Assembly: GCF_041146345.1 (NCBI RefSeq)
Contig: NW_027191414.1
Location: 1,364,001 to 1,428,000, forward strand
Origin: Neodothiora populina
Taxonomy: Eukaryota
Reading direction: 5' to 3'
Length of the DNA: 64,000 bases
Of the stretch, positions 40,665-54,164 are shown piece by piece. Each line of letters starts with the position of its first letter. Positions within the stretch are counted from its first letter, which is position 1. Made by a program: the position numbers and the translations under genes. Under the pieces are notes generated by a model. It was not told the origin of the DNA. It did no database searches and worked only from the letters and a program-made list of their open reading frames with translations.

Positions 40665-43073
40665 ATGCCTGCTCTTGCGCCACCTAGAAGACAGCGCTTG
40701 GCCGGGCTCAATAGTGGACGCGATGGTTCTCTCAAGCCACTGTCACGGCCAGGCAGGCATGATTCCGCTTGTGGATGTGATAAACCCACCTTCGAAATCG
40801 TGGATTCGTCCAAAATTTGTATGAACTGCGGTACGGAAATCAGTCAAAGTAATATTGTCGCCGAAGTCACGTTCGGTGAATCGGCATCTGGAGCTGCAAC
40901 TATCGATGGTGCCCTTGTTGGAGAAGATGCAACTCACGCTAACACTCTTGGCCACACGGCGAGGAGACTCGGTGCAAGTACCCGCACGAGGGAGGACAAT
41001 GAACAAAACGGACGAGAGGCCATCCGTGTCTTCACTGGAAGAATCCCCATTGCACAAAATGTCGTCGACCAGGCCATACATCTATGGAGACTCGCTGCTA
41101 AGGACGGATTCACTCAAGGCAGGAGAGCCGAAGAAGTGGCAGGTGCCTGTTTATATGCTGCCTGTCGTCGTGATAAGCACAACACCGTCCTCCTGATGGA
41201 CCTGGCCGAGATCATCACGATAAACGTATTCGCCCTCGGTGACACTTACAGAGCTTTGGCAAAGAAGCTCTACCTCGAAGTCAAGGGACAGTCGCAACTC
41301 GTCGAGGTAGAGCCACTTATCCTCAAATATGCGAGTAAATTGGAATTCGGCGCAGCTACGCGCCAGGTGGCCGAGGATGCTGTCAAGATCATTCGACGAA
41401 TGAAGCGAGATTGGATAGTGACAGGCAGACATCCCGCTGGTCTCTGTGGAGCTTGCATCATTCTTGCCGCTCGAATGAACAATTTCCGCCGTAGTGTCCG
41501 TGAGGTCGTGTTTGTGGTGAAAGTCGCCGATCTGACCATTGCAAAAAGACTGGAGGAGTTCAAGCGCACCAGGAGTTCGTTCCTTACAGTCGATGAATTT
41601 CGAAAAGTCGGCAATAGAATCAAAGTGCAGCATGATCCCCCTTCGGTCTATGAGGCCAAAGAGCGGGCACGTAAGCTACTTGAGAAGAAGCGAAAACGCA
41701 TGGAATATATGCAGAGCAAAGAGAACTCTGTCGACCTCACATCTGTCGCCACTTCCCGACAATCATCACTCACACCAAGCTCGGTCGCCGAGGATCGTCA
41801 ACCATCACAGAGCCTTGAGGTTCAAGATGGCAACGTCGACGCTGCTGCACCAGCACCCAAGCGACGGAAGACTAATGCTGTCGCTCCTTCTTCGCGGCCA
41901 CCACGACGTGATCGTGACGGGTTTGTCATCCCGGAGCCACCAATTGATCCGCTTCTACTCGCAGCGGCTAATGCTGCAGCTGAAGAAATCGCCAATGAAG
42001 GACACAATGAGTCAATAGACTCGAATACAGATGCCCCCGTCAAGGAAAAACGAAAACCCGGGCGACCTCGCAAAGACAAAAAAGCCGAAGCCACGCCGAC
42101 GCCGATACCACTTAGTGAAGAAGACTTACTGGCTGAGGAAGAACTCGAGGGAGAGATTGAAGAAATTCTCCGAAACGATGAATGCATCAGTAAATCGAAA
42201 GACGATATTGAGCGAGAAAAGCTGGAAGAGCGAGCCAGGCTCCTCGCGGAGCAGCAGCGCGCGATGAGTGCCGCTATTGTAGCACATCGCGCTGAAACAC
42301 AAGGTCGCTCACGATACGTTATCCCCGATACCGAGATAATCGGAGAAGACGAGTTTGCAGACGACCCAGAGGTGCAAAATGCCCTGTTGACTGAGGAACA
42401 AGTCAGGGTGAAGGAAAAGATCTGGGTCGCGCACAATGAAGACTGGCTACGAGCACAACAAACAAAGCAGCTCAAGCGCGCTCTAGACGATGCCGAAGGC
42501 AAAAATAAGGACAAGGGTAAGCGAAAGAAGCGCGGTCGCATGGGTGACGGCTCGGTGCTTGAAGGTGGTACACCGGTCGAGAGCCCAGCGGATGCCAATA
42601 GGCGCATGCTTGAGAAGCGCGCGCCCAAACAATTCTCTCAACGCATCAACTACGCAGCTTTGACTGCAATCTACAATCGTGGAACACCTTCGGAAGCCGG
42701 CACGCCCGCGCCCGAAAGTCGGGCAGGCAGTGTCGCTCCTTCGGAAGGTGGCCCGCCGTTACAAACAGATCTACCAACCCCTCCAGCAACACAGCTACCA
42801 GCTGCCATCGATCCTCACACGTCGACAAAAGCGCCTCAACCCGAGAATGCGGATGTGGACGACGATCCGGACGACTACTGGCCAGATGCAGAAGAAAGTG
42901 GCAAGCCTGACGAGGATGCAGAGGAAGAAGACGATGAGGCGGACTACAACGCTGCGCTCGCCGGTGTCAACCCATACGGATCTGATGCCGGGGGATACGA
43001 ATCCGATGCTGGCGGCTATGAGGAGGAATATGCGTCAGATCAAGGTGGTGACGATCAAGGGTTCGAGGACTGA
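40665..43073 (+). CDS. BRF1: TFIIIB 70/90-kDa subunit (TFIIB-related factor), single exon
   Basis: Zn ribbon C..C..CMNCG, IVAEVTFGESASG, GACLYAACR, RMKRDWIVTGRHPAGLCGAC and the C-terminal KQFSQRINY TBP-binding block. Confidence 0.95.
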   Translation: MPALAPPRRQRLAGLNSGRDGSLKPLSRPGRHDSACGCDKPTFEIVDSSKICMNCGTEISQSNIVAEVTFGESASGAATIDGALVGEDATHANTLGHTARRLGASTRTREDNEQNGREAIRVFTGRIPIAQNVVDQAIHLWRLAAKDGFTQGRRAEEVAGACLYAACRRDKHNTVLLMDLAEIITINVFALGDTYRALAKKLYLEVKGQSQLVEVEPLILKYASKLEFGAATRQVAEDAVKIIRRMKRDWIVTGRHPAGLCGACIILAARMNNFRRSVREVVFVVKVADLTIAKRLEEFKRTRSSFLTVDEFRKVGNRIKVQHDPPSVYEAKERARKLLEKKRKRMEYMQSKENSVDLTSVATSRQSSLTPSSVAEDRQPSQSLEVQDGNVDAAAPAPKRRKTNAVAPSSRPPRRDRDGFVIPEPPIDPLLLAAANAAAEEIANEGHNESIDSNTDAPVKEKRKPGRPRKDKKAEATPTPIPLSEEDLLAEEELEGEIEEILRNDECISKSKDDIEREKLEERARLLAEQQRAMSAAIVAHRAETQGRSRYVIPDTEIIGEDEFADDPEVQNALLTEEQVRVKEKIWVAHNEDWLRAQQTKQLKRALDDAEGKNKDKGKRKKRGRMGDGSVLEGGTPVESPADANRRMLEKRAPKQFSQRINYAALTAIYNRGTPSEAGTPAPESRAGSVAPSEGGPPLQTDLPTPPATQLPAAIDPHTSTKAPQPENADVDDDPDDYWPDAEESGKPDEDAEEEDDEADYNAALAGVNPYGSDAGGYESDAGGYEEEYASDQGGDDQGFED

Positions 43074-44700
43074 GAAGATTCGTGGTTTTGTCGCTGATCG
43101 CTGCAGAAGGCACGTGCGGATGCTTTTTGTTGGGTATATAGAAACATGCAGGTCGCAGTGCTAGGAAGGAACATTCGGGCCCGAGATGGCTGGTATCTCA
43201 TAGGCGTCGCACAACACGAGACTTGATAGCATACATTGGGACACGCAAGGCTCATGCAAGATAATCTTCGCTCATGTACGCCTGTCTACTCCGCGGCGAA
43301 GCCGACTGTGTCGCCTATAGTAGGGTGGAGCTGAATTAAACATTATCCACTATAAAAACCTTTGCCTTCTCAAACGCTACTTTCCAGAAGAGACTCGCGC
43401 CACCAACGTTGCTCTTGTACCTGGGGAGAGTGTAAGTCGGTAGATAAAAATTCTGCTCCCTTATTGGAGGGCAACCCTGTCCCGCTCCCCGAATTCAAGC
43501 TGAACACACGAGTATCAAAAAAGGCTAAGTTATAGTATAGTGACTATACAATGTTGGGATGTAACTTGGACATGGAGTAATTCAATCTCTTGCGGAGTAT
43601 CATAAATTAATATGCATATCGTTGTAGAGCCGCGGCATGAAATGAAAGCCCTATTACGTCTACGGTGGCGATGCAGCTAAGGTATACTGGTCGGACCCAT
43701 AGCCAAGCAAAAATATACAGGACTCTGCTTGGGCAGGCCACGTTAGCGGAAGGCCCCGGATTATACGCGAGCCTACCGTACGTTTATTCCAACATTACGA
43801 GACTCGAACGCGAAAATCCAGCACAGAAATATGGTAGATGCCATCCAGCGACGAGACGAACGACCAACTACCAACAAAACAAATCAACCAGCCCATGATT
43901 ATGCATGATTTGTTCTTCAGCGAGGTCTTGATAGTGTTTAGCCCCGCATGGGATCCCCGTGGGGAATTGTCCATGCAGAAGTCCATGCAGAGTCTCAAAC
44001 CCCGCAGATAATAGTGAGTCGTAGTCAGAACCGTACCCATCTCACTCTTTGCACCGAGCAACGTGCAAGCAAGATACGGCGCTAATGCCATTTCTGCGGC
44101 GCGGGTTGGCTCTTCGTCTGTCCTGACACGTCTTCAATCCTTGATGTCCGGATTGAAATGTCGATCATCGCTGCAAACGAAGCCGAAAAGGTCGTGCTCA
44201 CCTGCCGTGAAGCCAAATCCCGCTTCCGAGGCGAGCTTTTTCATGCTGCTGTGTCACTTCCGAACTATAACCACATATCATTAATTATTGGAGCGTTTTT
44301 CTTGTCAACGACGCACACCTACTCTCCCAATGGAAACCTGCGGGACCATTCCGGCAGTCAGTGGATTCGACTCCGCCAGCTTGTCATGCTAGTCCATAGC
44401 GATCAAGCATGATCAGCACGAGATCGATGAGGGGTAGGGGCATTAGTGCAGCGTAAAAGGCGTTTTGTCGCAGACCATGATCTCCGGCCGATTGGGACGA
44501 CTGACGAGGTGCCAATGTCCTTGTTAGACTGGGGACGTGTCATGTGTATATTAATTGCATTTACCTCCCGCTGTCGTTGATATCAATTCGTGTCTCCCGC
44601 GCGCTGTCTGGTGTTGAGATATCTTCACTTCTTCTACTTCTGTCTATCCTTAGTAGTACCTATTGACCTTTACATACCACACATATCCCCTTGTTCGAGT

Positions 44701-45907
44701 ATGTCAGGTAACAATATCGACAAGCCATCCCGGGACTTCGAAATCATGCATCAAAACAACAACTCCGACGACCTTTATAAGTCGGAGACACGAGATAGTG
44801 CACTCGAGAGAGTGCGAACGGCGGGCACAATCTCCATGTCGCCTGAGCTGTTCGAGAGGCTGTACCTGGGGCCACAAACCAAGGTCTCTGGAGATTTGCG
44901 AAAGACCTTTGGCAACCCTACTCCTCTGTAAGAACACCTTGTTTGTCGTCGTCATATCGAGAGCTAATTGCCACACAGTGGTCTCATTGGATTTGTCGTC
45001 GGTCTGACACCACTCGCTTGCTGTCTCATGGGATGGCGTGGGGCAGGGGGTCTTGGAACTGCGAATATGTATGCTGAACAGCTCATCCAGGGAGATGACT
45101 ATTGCTCCCAAGCTCATTGACTAACATCTTTTTGTTCAGCGGAGTCTACTTTTTTATCGGTGGTCCATTACTCATGTTCAGCGGTATCCTTGAATTCTTC
45201 CTCGGCAACACATTTCCCTTCCTCGTCTTCGTTACATATGGTATGTATCCTCGAATCTGGAGGAGAGGACTTGTCCTGATCATTGAATCTAGGTGGAATC
45301 TTCCTCGCTCTCGGTGGAACGCTCCAATCGTTCTACGGATCAGCAACCATATACTCTCCCACACTGAATTTCTACGAGGGTCTGCAGAGTCCTGGCTTCA
45401 ATGCCAGTCTTGGTAAGTCGGAGTACTAAGTCTGATGAAACATTGGCATCGCGTTGTTCTGACTGTTTCATGTTTGACAGCCTTCTTCCCTCTTGTAGCC
45501 GCGCTGCTCAACGTCTACTTCATGGTTGCAGCCACACGTATCAACGCCGTCTTCACATATGTCTTCGCTGGCTCTGCGATGGGTTTCATCCTGTTCGCTT
45601 CTTTCCTCTGGGCACTCGCCGAAGGATCAACGGAGGCTTCCGGGAGATTGTTGGTCGTAAGTTACCGTCATTCACAATAACTGCTTGACGGAAGCTCCTA
45701 CAACAAGCATTGGATTGCAAAGCTAACAGAATCCTCAAACAGGGTACCGGAGGTGCGTGGTTCGCGACAGTCTTGGGAGGATGGTACCTGCTAGCTGTCC
45801 AGATGCTTGGTGTCGCCGGCTTCTCGCTCGCCTTGCCCGTCGGAGACTTCTCAGCTTTCTGGGAGAGGAGAAAAAACAAGAAGACTGAAAGAGAGCACAG
45901 TGCTTGA
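44701..45907 (+). CDS. GPR1/FUN34/YaaH (SatP) family transporter (acetate/ammonium; AlcS-like), multi-exon
   Basis: MSPELFERLYL, FGNPTPL|GLIGFV and GILEFFLGNTFPF motifs, with multiple TM segments. Confidence 0.9.
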
Positions 45908-48900
45908 AGAACCAGGCCGGAGGAAAGCAAGAGGACGGTATAAAATTTCAAGATCCCACCTAACGAACTCGAGAGCGATAGTCACGTTGAGAGCTTCGCG
46001 GAAGCCTCTCACGAGTATGGTCACCTACCTTACGAGTGTAGAGTTACCACTCGTTATTGGGATGTATTCTGTATTCAGGCGCAAGACAGGGTCTCCCCAG
46101 TATATGCCTTGTTGTAACATAGTCCGCCATCCCTAAAATCGCAAGCAGGGTTGATTGTCAGCTTAGCGTAGGGTATACAAACTTCACAGGCGACTGCGCA
46201 GCAGCAGGAAGACCTGCTCACAGTATCCAGGTGCATCTCGAAACGACGAGCCAGATGTGCAAGCGATCTAGGAAGGATTCCCAGCAACGACGGCTGAACC
46301 TCTCCGCCTCGGCAGCACAGCCCGCTGCTGGATACGGTAAGGCGCATTCACATGAATCTTGGCTGAATTGTCTGCGTTACTATTCCATGCCGTCCCATAG
46401 GTCGAGTTCGATATGCCGTCCCTTGTCCTTTTATGGTTTACAAAACAGACTACCTGTCCGGCGGCTCGCTCGCTTTGCAAGGTCAATGCAGGTGTCGTAG
46501 CGTGTCGTTCGCCCAGACACACACTTGTTCCATTTGAGGTGTGAAGAGTAACGGCAATTTCACCAAGGATTCGTGCCGTCTGTGTGGCGTCGCGGGCGGC
46601 AAAGGGAAATGAACTGACTCGCTTATCGGAATGTCTTCCGCTGCCTCGTCTCGTGTCCCGACTCGTGTGGGTCTTTGGGTGTATTTGGTTCTGTCGATGT
46701 TATTGATAATTATGACCCCAATATTGCAGACCTCATATAAAAAGGGCGACGGTGCTCTCCGGATCTCTGCTATACGAAGGGGTAGTTTTTGACTGTTGGG
46801 AGCAATGGGTTTACTTTATGGTAGGCCAAGGGTTCAACATCGTGGTGGCTATGTTGTACTTTTCTGATCTTAACATTATTGCTGAGGAGCGGCAAAGAAA
46901 GATTTTATGCTTCGCTTTGCACCGTGATTCGATATATGGCCAAGTCTCTGGGCCTGTAGACAATGACTTTGTTGAGGTATGCGATGCTTTTTCTTTGATC
47001 GTTTAGATGCACATGTGATTCTAGTCGTCTTTTGAATTGGTCGAGAGAGCCGAGGAATATGGCCCAGATTTGCCTGTCACTTGGGCGAAGCAGCTGTGCA
47101 GGTTAGCATAGCCTTGAGCTCGGCTTGTTACGAATGCACAGGAAGGTCAGTGGTCTTGCTACACTAGAGGTCCTCGTCGCTTCTGGCGTGCATGATTCAT
47201 GCGGACTAGGTCATGGTCGTATTGAAATGCTCGACTGCCATTGAAGAGCGACATAAAGCTACCGGCAGCTGTGAATATTCACCATCCTAACACGAAAGGG
47301 GAATTACCATAACCTCGACGTCTTTGGCGACGAAGAGTAAAAGCCTAGAGAAAAGCCGATTCGAAATAGCAGATTAGCCTTTCAACGAGCGACATTAGAT
47401 ACTATTTACAGTACGAGAACACTTGACTTTTACCGGACCCAGCCTCAATGTCTTTGCAGAGGTGAAGCAAAAAGACAGCATGCAGACACATCTGGGGACC
47501 AAAGCAATGATACAATCACTACGAGTCGCAGGCCACGTGCGATATTTCACCCCTGGAAACAATGCTCATGGAGAGCTCTACCGCCCCGAGGCACAGCCTA
47601 TCCGTGGATAAGAGCATTACATGACACAGCAACCCTGACACATTCAGAAAGCACACTCTCTGTTCATGGACTTACTCTTGTTATCATTATCATCAACGCT
47701 GACACAATTTCATGTCTCAAACGAACGCGTGTTATCAATGCACCCGTACTCAGATAAGGATACCGGGATTGTTGACGTACGACAGAGTGCGCCACGGTCT
47801 CCTTCCCCTGATGATCTCAATGCAATGGATAGCCTTCGGAACCATCAAAGTCCTAACAAGCGAATCTAATCCGGATCACCATGCGTACAATCGTAGATCC
47901 GGCCGAGCTGCAGTAGACCTCGATAGTTGATAGTTCAAAGCTGTGACGTCCCGGAGACCAACGGGTATCTCCTCGATGGAGCCATGGTTGTGCAACTTAG
48001 CCAGTGGGACGGCTCGAGGTCCGCGAGCATCATGGCCCGCTGCATCATGTTGCATCAAGGCGATATGTCCTATCGTGGTTGAGAAGAGCATACGATGACA
48101 TCGTGTTTACTGATTATCAGCAACGAGACGCTCTTTGTTGAAACAACGACAGGTCTACCTACAGCGCGCCGGACACCCTCGAACGGGGGCATGCTTGTTA
48201 TTTCCGTGTCATGAACATATACCTTGAATTATGATGGCGCAAGATCAGTCTGATCGGTGCTGGACCAGGCTGGCCATGTCAAGAGCAAAAGCCAACAATC
48301 ATCATCAACTCGATCCATGCACTCACGGTGGATGTATGGCATTGTCACTAGCATTTCCACTTGCTACGACTTAGCCACGAGCTACATGCATACCAGATCT
48401 CATGCAAACAGAGGTACGGTAATAATACCTTCGGCTCTGATACTCAATGATGGCACCAGACTCTGTTGCTGTTGGACAAAAGCGTTACAATTACAAGAGT
48501 AAAGATTTTTGGTACACATCAACACTCACGCATTCCCTTGCCGGAAGCAAAACTATACTTGAAGAGGCAGCACAGCCCATCACAACGATCGAGTGAGCCA
48601 GCGTAAGAGCACTTGACGTTCAGCACGATGCCTTGCCGTCTGGCAAGTCTTACAGACAACAGGCAGGGACCACTGTGGTTTGTCATTCATAAGACTAATC
48701 ACTAAGGGGCTCCATCAGCCACAAGTAGCGACGTCATCCAACCAGTCTTGTCTCCAACAAGTCCCGGATGTGTGATGTGAGGACTAACCTCCTGGACAAT
48801 GGGCCACTTTGATGATCTCCATTGCGCGTGGTTTTTTCTTGCAGGACTAGTGGACACTGCGGTCTTTCAAAGATCTGGTAGCATCATAGTTACCAGCAGA

Positions 48901-50711
48901 TACTTGGACTCGAGTAGGTACCTAAGCAGCGCGAGGCCCAGCTGTTACCATAAGTGCGACGTGATTCGCTGGCAAAATACTGTTGTAGCTATAAACGTGG
49001 AGCCAGCTCTGAAGCACTTAAGCCAGCAGCCAACGTTAATCGCTGATCATTTGTTTGAGCGAATACGGCACAGGCTGCACCACAGTCAAGGATAGATAGA
49101 CATTGTACACGAAAGATAAGAGTGATATAAGGGATCATGAGAGCGACCTCTTATCGCGCGAAGAGAAGCATAGATAGGAAGTCACGGCCTGGGGCCATTC
49201 GGAAGTGGCAAAAAGTGCAGTCGGTTCCCTTGTACTGGGACGAGGAGATCAGGAGGATCGGAGTATCAGTAGAGTCGAAGATTGGCTATCGCAAGTGAAT
49301 CGTCCTTGTATGTGCGACATGGGCGAAGTACGGAGGCAGGTACGAACAATATTACCGCTCTGAGAGAAGACATCCCGGTGTCGATGTTTGTTTGATCACC
49401 TATCTTACCTATACCGATTTCGATCTATCACGACGCTTGGACTACTTGTCTTGGCAGGCTGCACCCTCGGCAGCTGCACTGGCCGATCGAGGTAGGCCGG
49501 CACAAGACACACAGCTGTCAATGCCACCTTTGCCTCCACGCCTTTCACTCACAGACTCAATCCACTGCTATTGCGGAGGCGGCGTGACCATCCCAGCTTT
49601 TATCAAGATGGCGCTGAACGGCGCGCAGCCTCATACCTCACTCGAGCACCTGTGCACAAGGCAATACGCAATCTGGGGCAAACGTGCGCGCGTAGTAAGT
49701 TTAGTGTAACTGTTATCTTCCTAGCAGAAGTGCCTATCTCACATTGTAGGGGCTTAGTGCAAACACCTCTGTTTGCCATCTTTTGCGAGCCTCGACATCA
49801 ATAACTTGGGCAGTGTAGTCGAGCGTCTCTCGATATTCTAATGGTTGCAATACGACGTTCCCTATGCTGACATCGATCACCTGAGCAGTGCTGCCGATGC
49901 GTTGGCAGATCGAGAAATGTTCAATGTACACGAAGGATCTGTGGATGCAAGAGGAGGGCAAAGTCGTAATAGCGCGCACACTGCCCTGTGACTGTAACGC
50001 ACCGCTTTTTTGACTCGTTTATGGTAAATATCTGACTATTTCTATTTCTCATCTTTCTCGGCATTGTTATTAGTCTTCCCCAATCTCACGACTCAGACCG
50101 GCGCGCACGGCAGGCGTCGAGGTGCCTCCGAACCCTGCCAATTTCGCAACCTCATACAGTAACCCAATCCTCGTAGCCTGCACGAGTCCGCGACTCCACC
50201 AGTCGTTTCATCGCTTTGACAATGCGAGAAGCATTGGTGTCAAAAAGAACAACGCTAGGGCTGCCCGTTATCGACCGTGGACCTAGATGTTTCTGACAGA
50301 AAAACTCTCGTAATGACCGAAAAAATGCCAATCCTTGGCGAATGGAGAAACTTTCTGGGCGAGGCAAAAGCGCAAACCGATCCACCCTCGTCATAGGCGG
50401 GTACGATGTAAGTGAAATTGCGGCGAGGTATATACGTTCTTTTCTTCTCTCTCGTATCGTAGACTATTTTTTCCAGGCCACAATACAGTCCCTTTCTATG
50501 ACCACGCCTGCCATTCAACTTGCTTTCCTGTAGCTAGCTCTGTTTGAAATCCAGCGCCCATTGCACCAAATCGAGACGACAACCCCAAAGCGCCCTTCTT
50601 TTCATCAATATACGGATCTCCCCAAAGCAACATTGACGGACAGAAACGACATTGACGATAGCGACAAACCCCATACTCAACAGCCCATAGCACCTGCGCC
50701 CTCACAGTGCC

Positions 50712-52546
50712 ATGACTTCCTCCTACGACCCCAATGCGACTAGCGGCCCTCACCAAAGCGACACGATGCCGGACTCACATTTCAAGAAGGGAACTTACAA
50801 GGATGAATCAGACTTGACTTTGCATGACTCCGAGGTCGGCTCCTCCAAAGCGCCTGCTGACAATATGTTGGTCGTGTTAGGGTATCAATCTGAATTAGCC
50901 AGGACCAGGTCAACGTTGCAGGTTGCTTTCATGTCCTTCGTGCTCAGTTCGATACCCTTCGGTCTGTCAACTACTTTCTCATACCCCTTAGTTGGTGGTG
51001 GTCCCGCCGCCATCATCTGGGGCTGGGTAGGTGTGTCCCTGATCATTGTCTGCGTGGCCGTGTCTTTGGGTGAAATCACGTCTGTGTATCCCACCGCTGG
51101 CGGTGTGTACTATCAGGCGTACATGCTGTCTCCGCCCGGGTGTAGAAAATTATTGGCCTGGATCTGTGGATGGTCTTATACGCTCGGCAATGTCATCATC
51201 ACCCTAGCTGTCAATTTCGGTCTCGCCCTCTTCATCGGAGGATGCGTCAACATCTTCAAAGACAGCGAGGGAAACAACGTTTTCGCAGCTGAACCTTACC
51301 AGATCTTCCTGATCTTCCTAGCAATTACCTTGCTTTGCAATGCGGTCTCTTCCCTCGGAAACAAGTGGTTGCCTATTCTGGACGTGCGTATCACCATGCT
51401 CTCGTGACGAGGCTTAATTTTCCCTATCCCCCCGATCTCATTCTGGAAGTTGTGCTTACATGATCACACAGACCTTTGCGATTTTCTGGACTTTCGCTGG
51501 TGTCCTCGCTATTATCGTTTGTGTTCTTGCAATCGCCAAGGAAGGTCGCAACAGCTCCAGATATGTCTGGGGAGGATTCGTCAATGATTCCGGCTGGACC
51601 GATGGCTGGGCGTTCTGCGTAGGCCTCCTGCAGGCGGCATATGCGACATCAGCCACTGGGATGGTCATTTCGTAAGTTTTCGTCTTTGCCACTCAATGCC
51701 GATCCAAGTATACTTACGTGAGTATCAGAATGTGTGAGGAAGTCAAGCAGCCCTCGACGCAAGTCCCCAAGGCATTGGTTGGCACCGTTCTCTTGAACCT
51801 TGTCGCTGGTGTCGTCTTTCTTGTTCCTCTGGTGTATGTCCTTCCTGATATTGCTGCCCTTCTTGCGGATCCTTCTGGTCAGCCTGTTCCAGCAATCCTG
51901 GCGTCAGCGGTTGGCAGCAAAGGTGGTGCGTTTGCACTTACCATTCCCCTCATCGTTCTTGGCATCATCTGTGGTATTGGTTGCACCACTGCCGCATCTC
52001 GTTGCACATGGGCTTTCTCTCGCGATGGCGCCATTCCCGGATCGCATTTGTGGAAGCAGGTCAACCCAACCTTGGGCGTACCTCTGAACGCTATGATGTT
52101 GAGCATGATCGTCCAGATCGCGCTTGGTTGCATTTACTTCGGTTCGGCTGCGGCGTACAACGCCTTCAGTGGTGTCGGCGTCATCTTCCTCACCGTCAGC
52201 TACGCAATACCGATCTTCGCCTCGATGCTCAACAACCGCAAGCAGCTTGTTGGTGCTCCGTTCCACATGGGTGCCTTCGGCGCTTTCTGCAACTGGATAT
52301 CCATTGGTAAGTTGGAAGATGTAATCAGATCCATGTGTAGATGGTGCTAACGTCCATTTAGGCTGGAGTCTTCTCGCTGTGCCCTTGTTCTGTATGCCTT
52401 CAGCCATTCCTGTGACACTGAACTCGATGAACTATGCGTCAGCTGTGTATGCTGGATTCATGTTAATCGTGATGGTCTGGTATTACGCCTGGGGGCGCAA
52501 GAACTACCAAGGACCGCCGCAAGAGGATCACGAGATCCTTCAATAG
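50712..52546 (+). CDS. Amino acid/choline/GABA permease (APC superfamily, ACT family), 4 exons
   Basis: LGYQSELAR, GEITSVYPTAGGVY, MCEEV, SRCTWAFSRDGAIP and MNYAS motifs. Confidence 0.92.
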
Positions 52547-53296
52547 GCGTTGTCTGCTGCCTATTTTTCCTGTGGTCGTTATGCTCCATACCTAACTTTG
52601 TACATAAAAAACCTTATACCCGTACATAGAGTATGTAGCAATACCATCTCATCACTTTTTTCGAAACCTAGCACCCCAAGCTGTGGGTCAGACTCAGCAG
52701 AACGTCACGACTCACCATACAGACGCCTTTGCCGCTCGCAGCAGGAGGTAACACTATTCACCAGCTCTCCATCGGGTTTGGGAAAACTTGCAACTTACAT
52801 TGTGGCCGGCTGTCGCTCTTGATATAGTCGCTGGGCCTTTGAAGCAAAAAATAAAAGAAAACACGATCGCCTGCTCGTAAAACCTCACGCGTCGCTCGTG
52901 GCTCGTTCGTCGGCCTTGTCTAGATGCACGCCAGCGCCAGCGCTCTGATCAACAAGAGGTACTCCACGCCAATAGCCAATGGTCTTTTCAGCGATATACA
53001 GAGACACCGCTCTGATTAAATTGGCGTGCATGCAAAAGTCGCTCACATTGGCTGAGCCGCGGCAATCAACGGAGTGAACGACCATAACAATCTTTTCGTT
53101 TGAAAAGATCGGATTATTTGACCAAGCAATGTCAAATCTTGACGTGGAATAAGTTCTTCATTGATTTCAAATACTAATTCGTCTCGAACGAGTACTTCTG
53201 ATATCCTGACAAGATCCGGCCTCACCGTACCACAATGATACTAATCACGCTGGATGCTACCTACTAAGCTAAAAGCACTCTGCCAGAGCACTCCAT

Positions 53297-54164
53297 CTAC
53301 CATGGATATTGCCCATGCTCATGCACGAAACATCCGTGTTCAGCATCTCTCCCGCCATTGAGGAGCTTGACTATAGGCGCGGCGCCCTCACTCGTTGGCT
53401 TCGCTCCGTTGTCAGCGTTATTGTTTTCACTCAAGTTCGACACGCAGAACCCAGGACAATAAGCAAAGATCTTGAAGCCTTTTGGTCCATGGTGATATAC
53501 CTGGCATGCAGTCACCATGTTCAAGGCGGTTTTGCTGACGCGGTACTGTTCGCCTGCGATGTTGTATCCTGGAGATGTCGGGTCTAGGCGCTTTGCAATA
53601 GATCCCACGCCACTAGAGACATTCACTATCCGTGGAGTCCCGTTCGATTTGCTGAGCAAAGGCGCGAACTTGTCAACCATCACCATTGGACCGATGGCAT
53701 TGGTCTGGAAGCACTGTGCCATCTGCTGTGCCATGGTACCCTGACCAAAAGCCACAGCAGCATTGTTCACTAGAGCATCGAGGCTGGCAGATAACACAAC
53801 ATCAGCAGGTCGATCACCCTACAGAGCATGAAGCCTGGCATTGTAGTGTACATACCGGCCATACTTGGTCTCAACAGCTTTAGCAGCATCCTCGATAGAA
53901 TCCTCGCTGGAAACGTCGACTTCCAACAACTCCACCGTACCCGGCTGCCTCTTCGACTCTAGGTCCTTGATGGCGACTTCGCCTTTGCTAACAGAGCGGC
54001 AGCCAAGGAGGACGAGTTTGGAGGCGTCCGACAAAAGCTGAGACACCAATTCGAGGCCAATGCCTCCATTAGCTTTGGATCGTCAGCGAACACATATCTT
54101 GAGTACGCATGCCGTAAATGATCGTACCTCCGGTTACCAAGACGATGTTCTTTGCAGCAGCCAT
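53297..54164 (-). CDS. Short-chain dehydrogenase/reductase, 3 exons
   Basis: IVLVTG|ANGGIG, LVNNAA, NVSSGVGS, YRVSK (YxxxK) and CPGF motifs. Confidence 0.9.
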
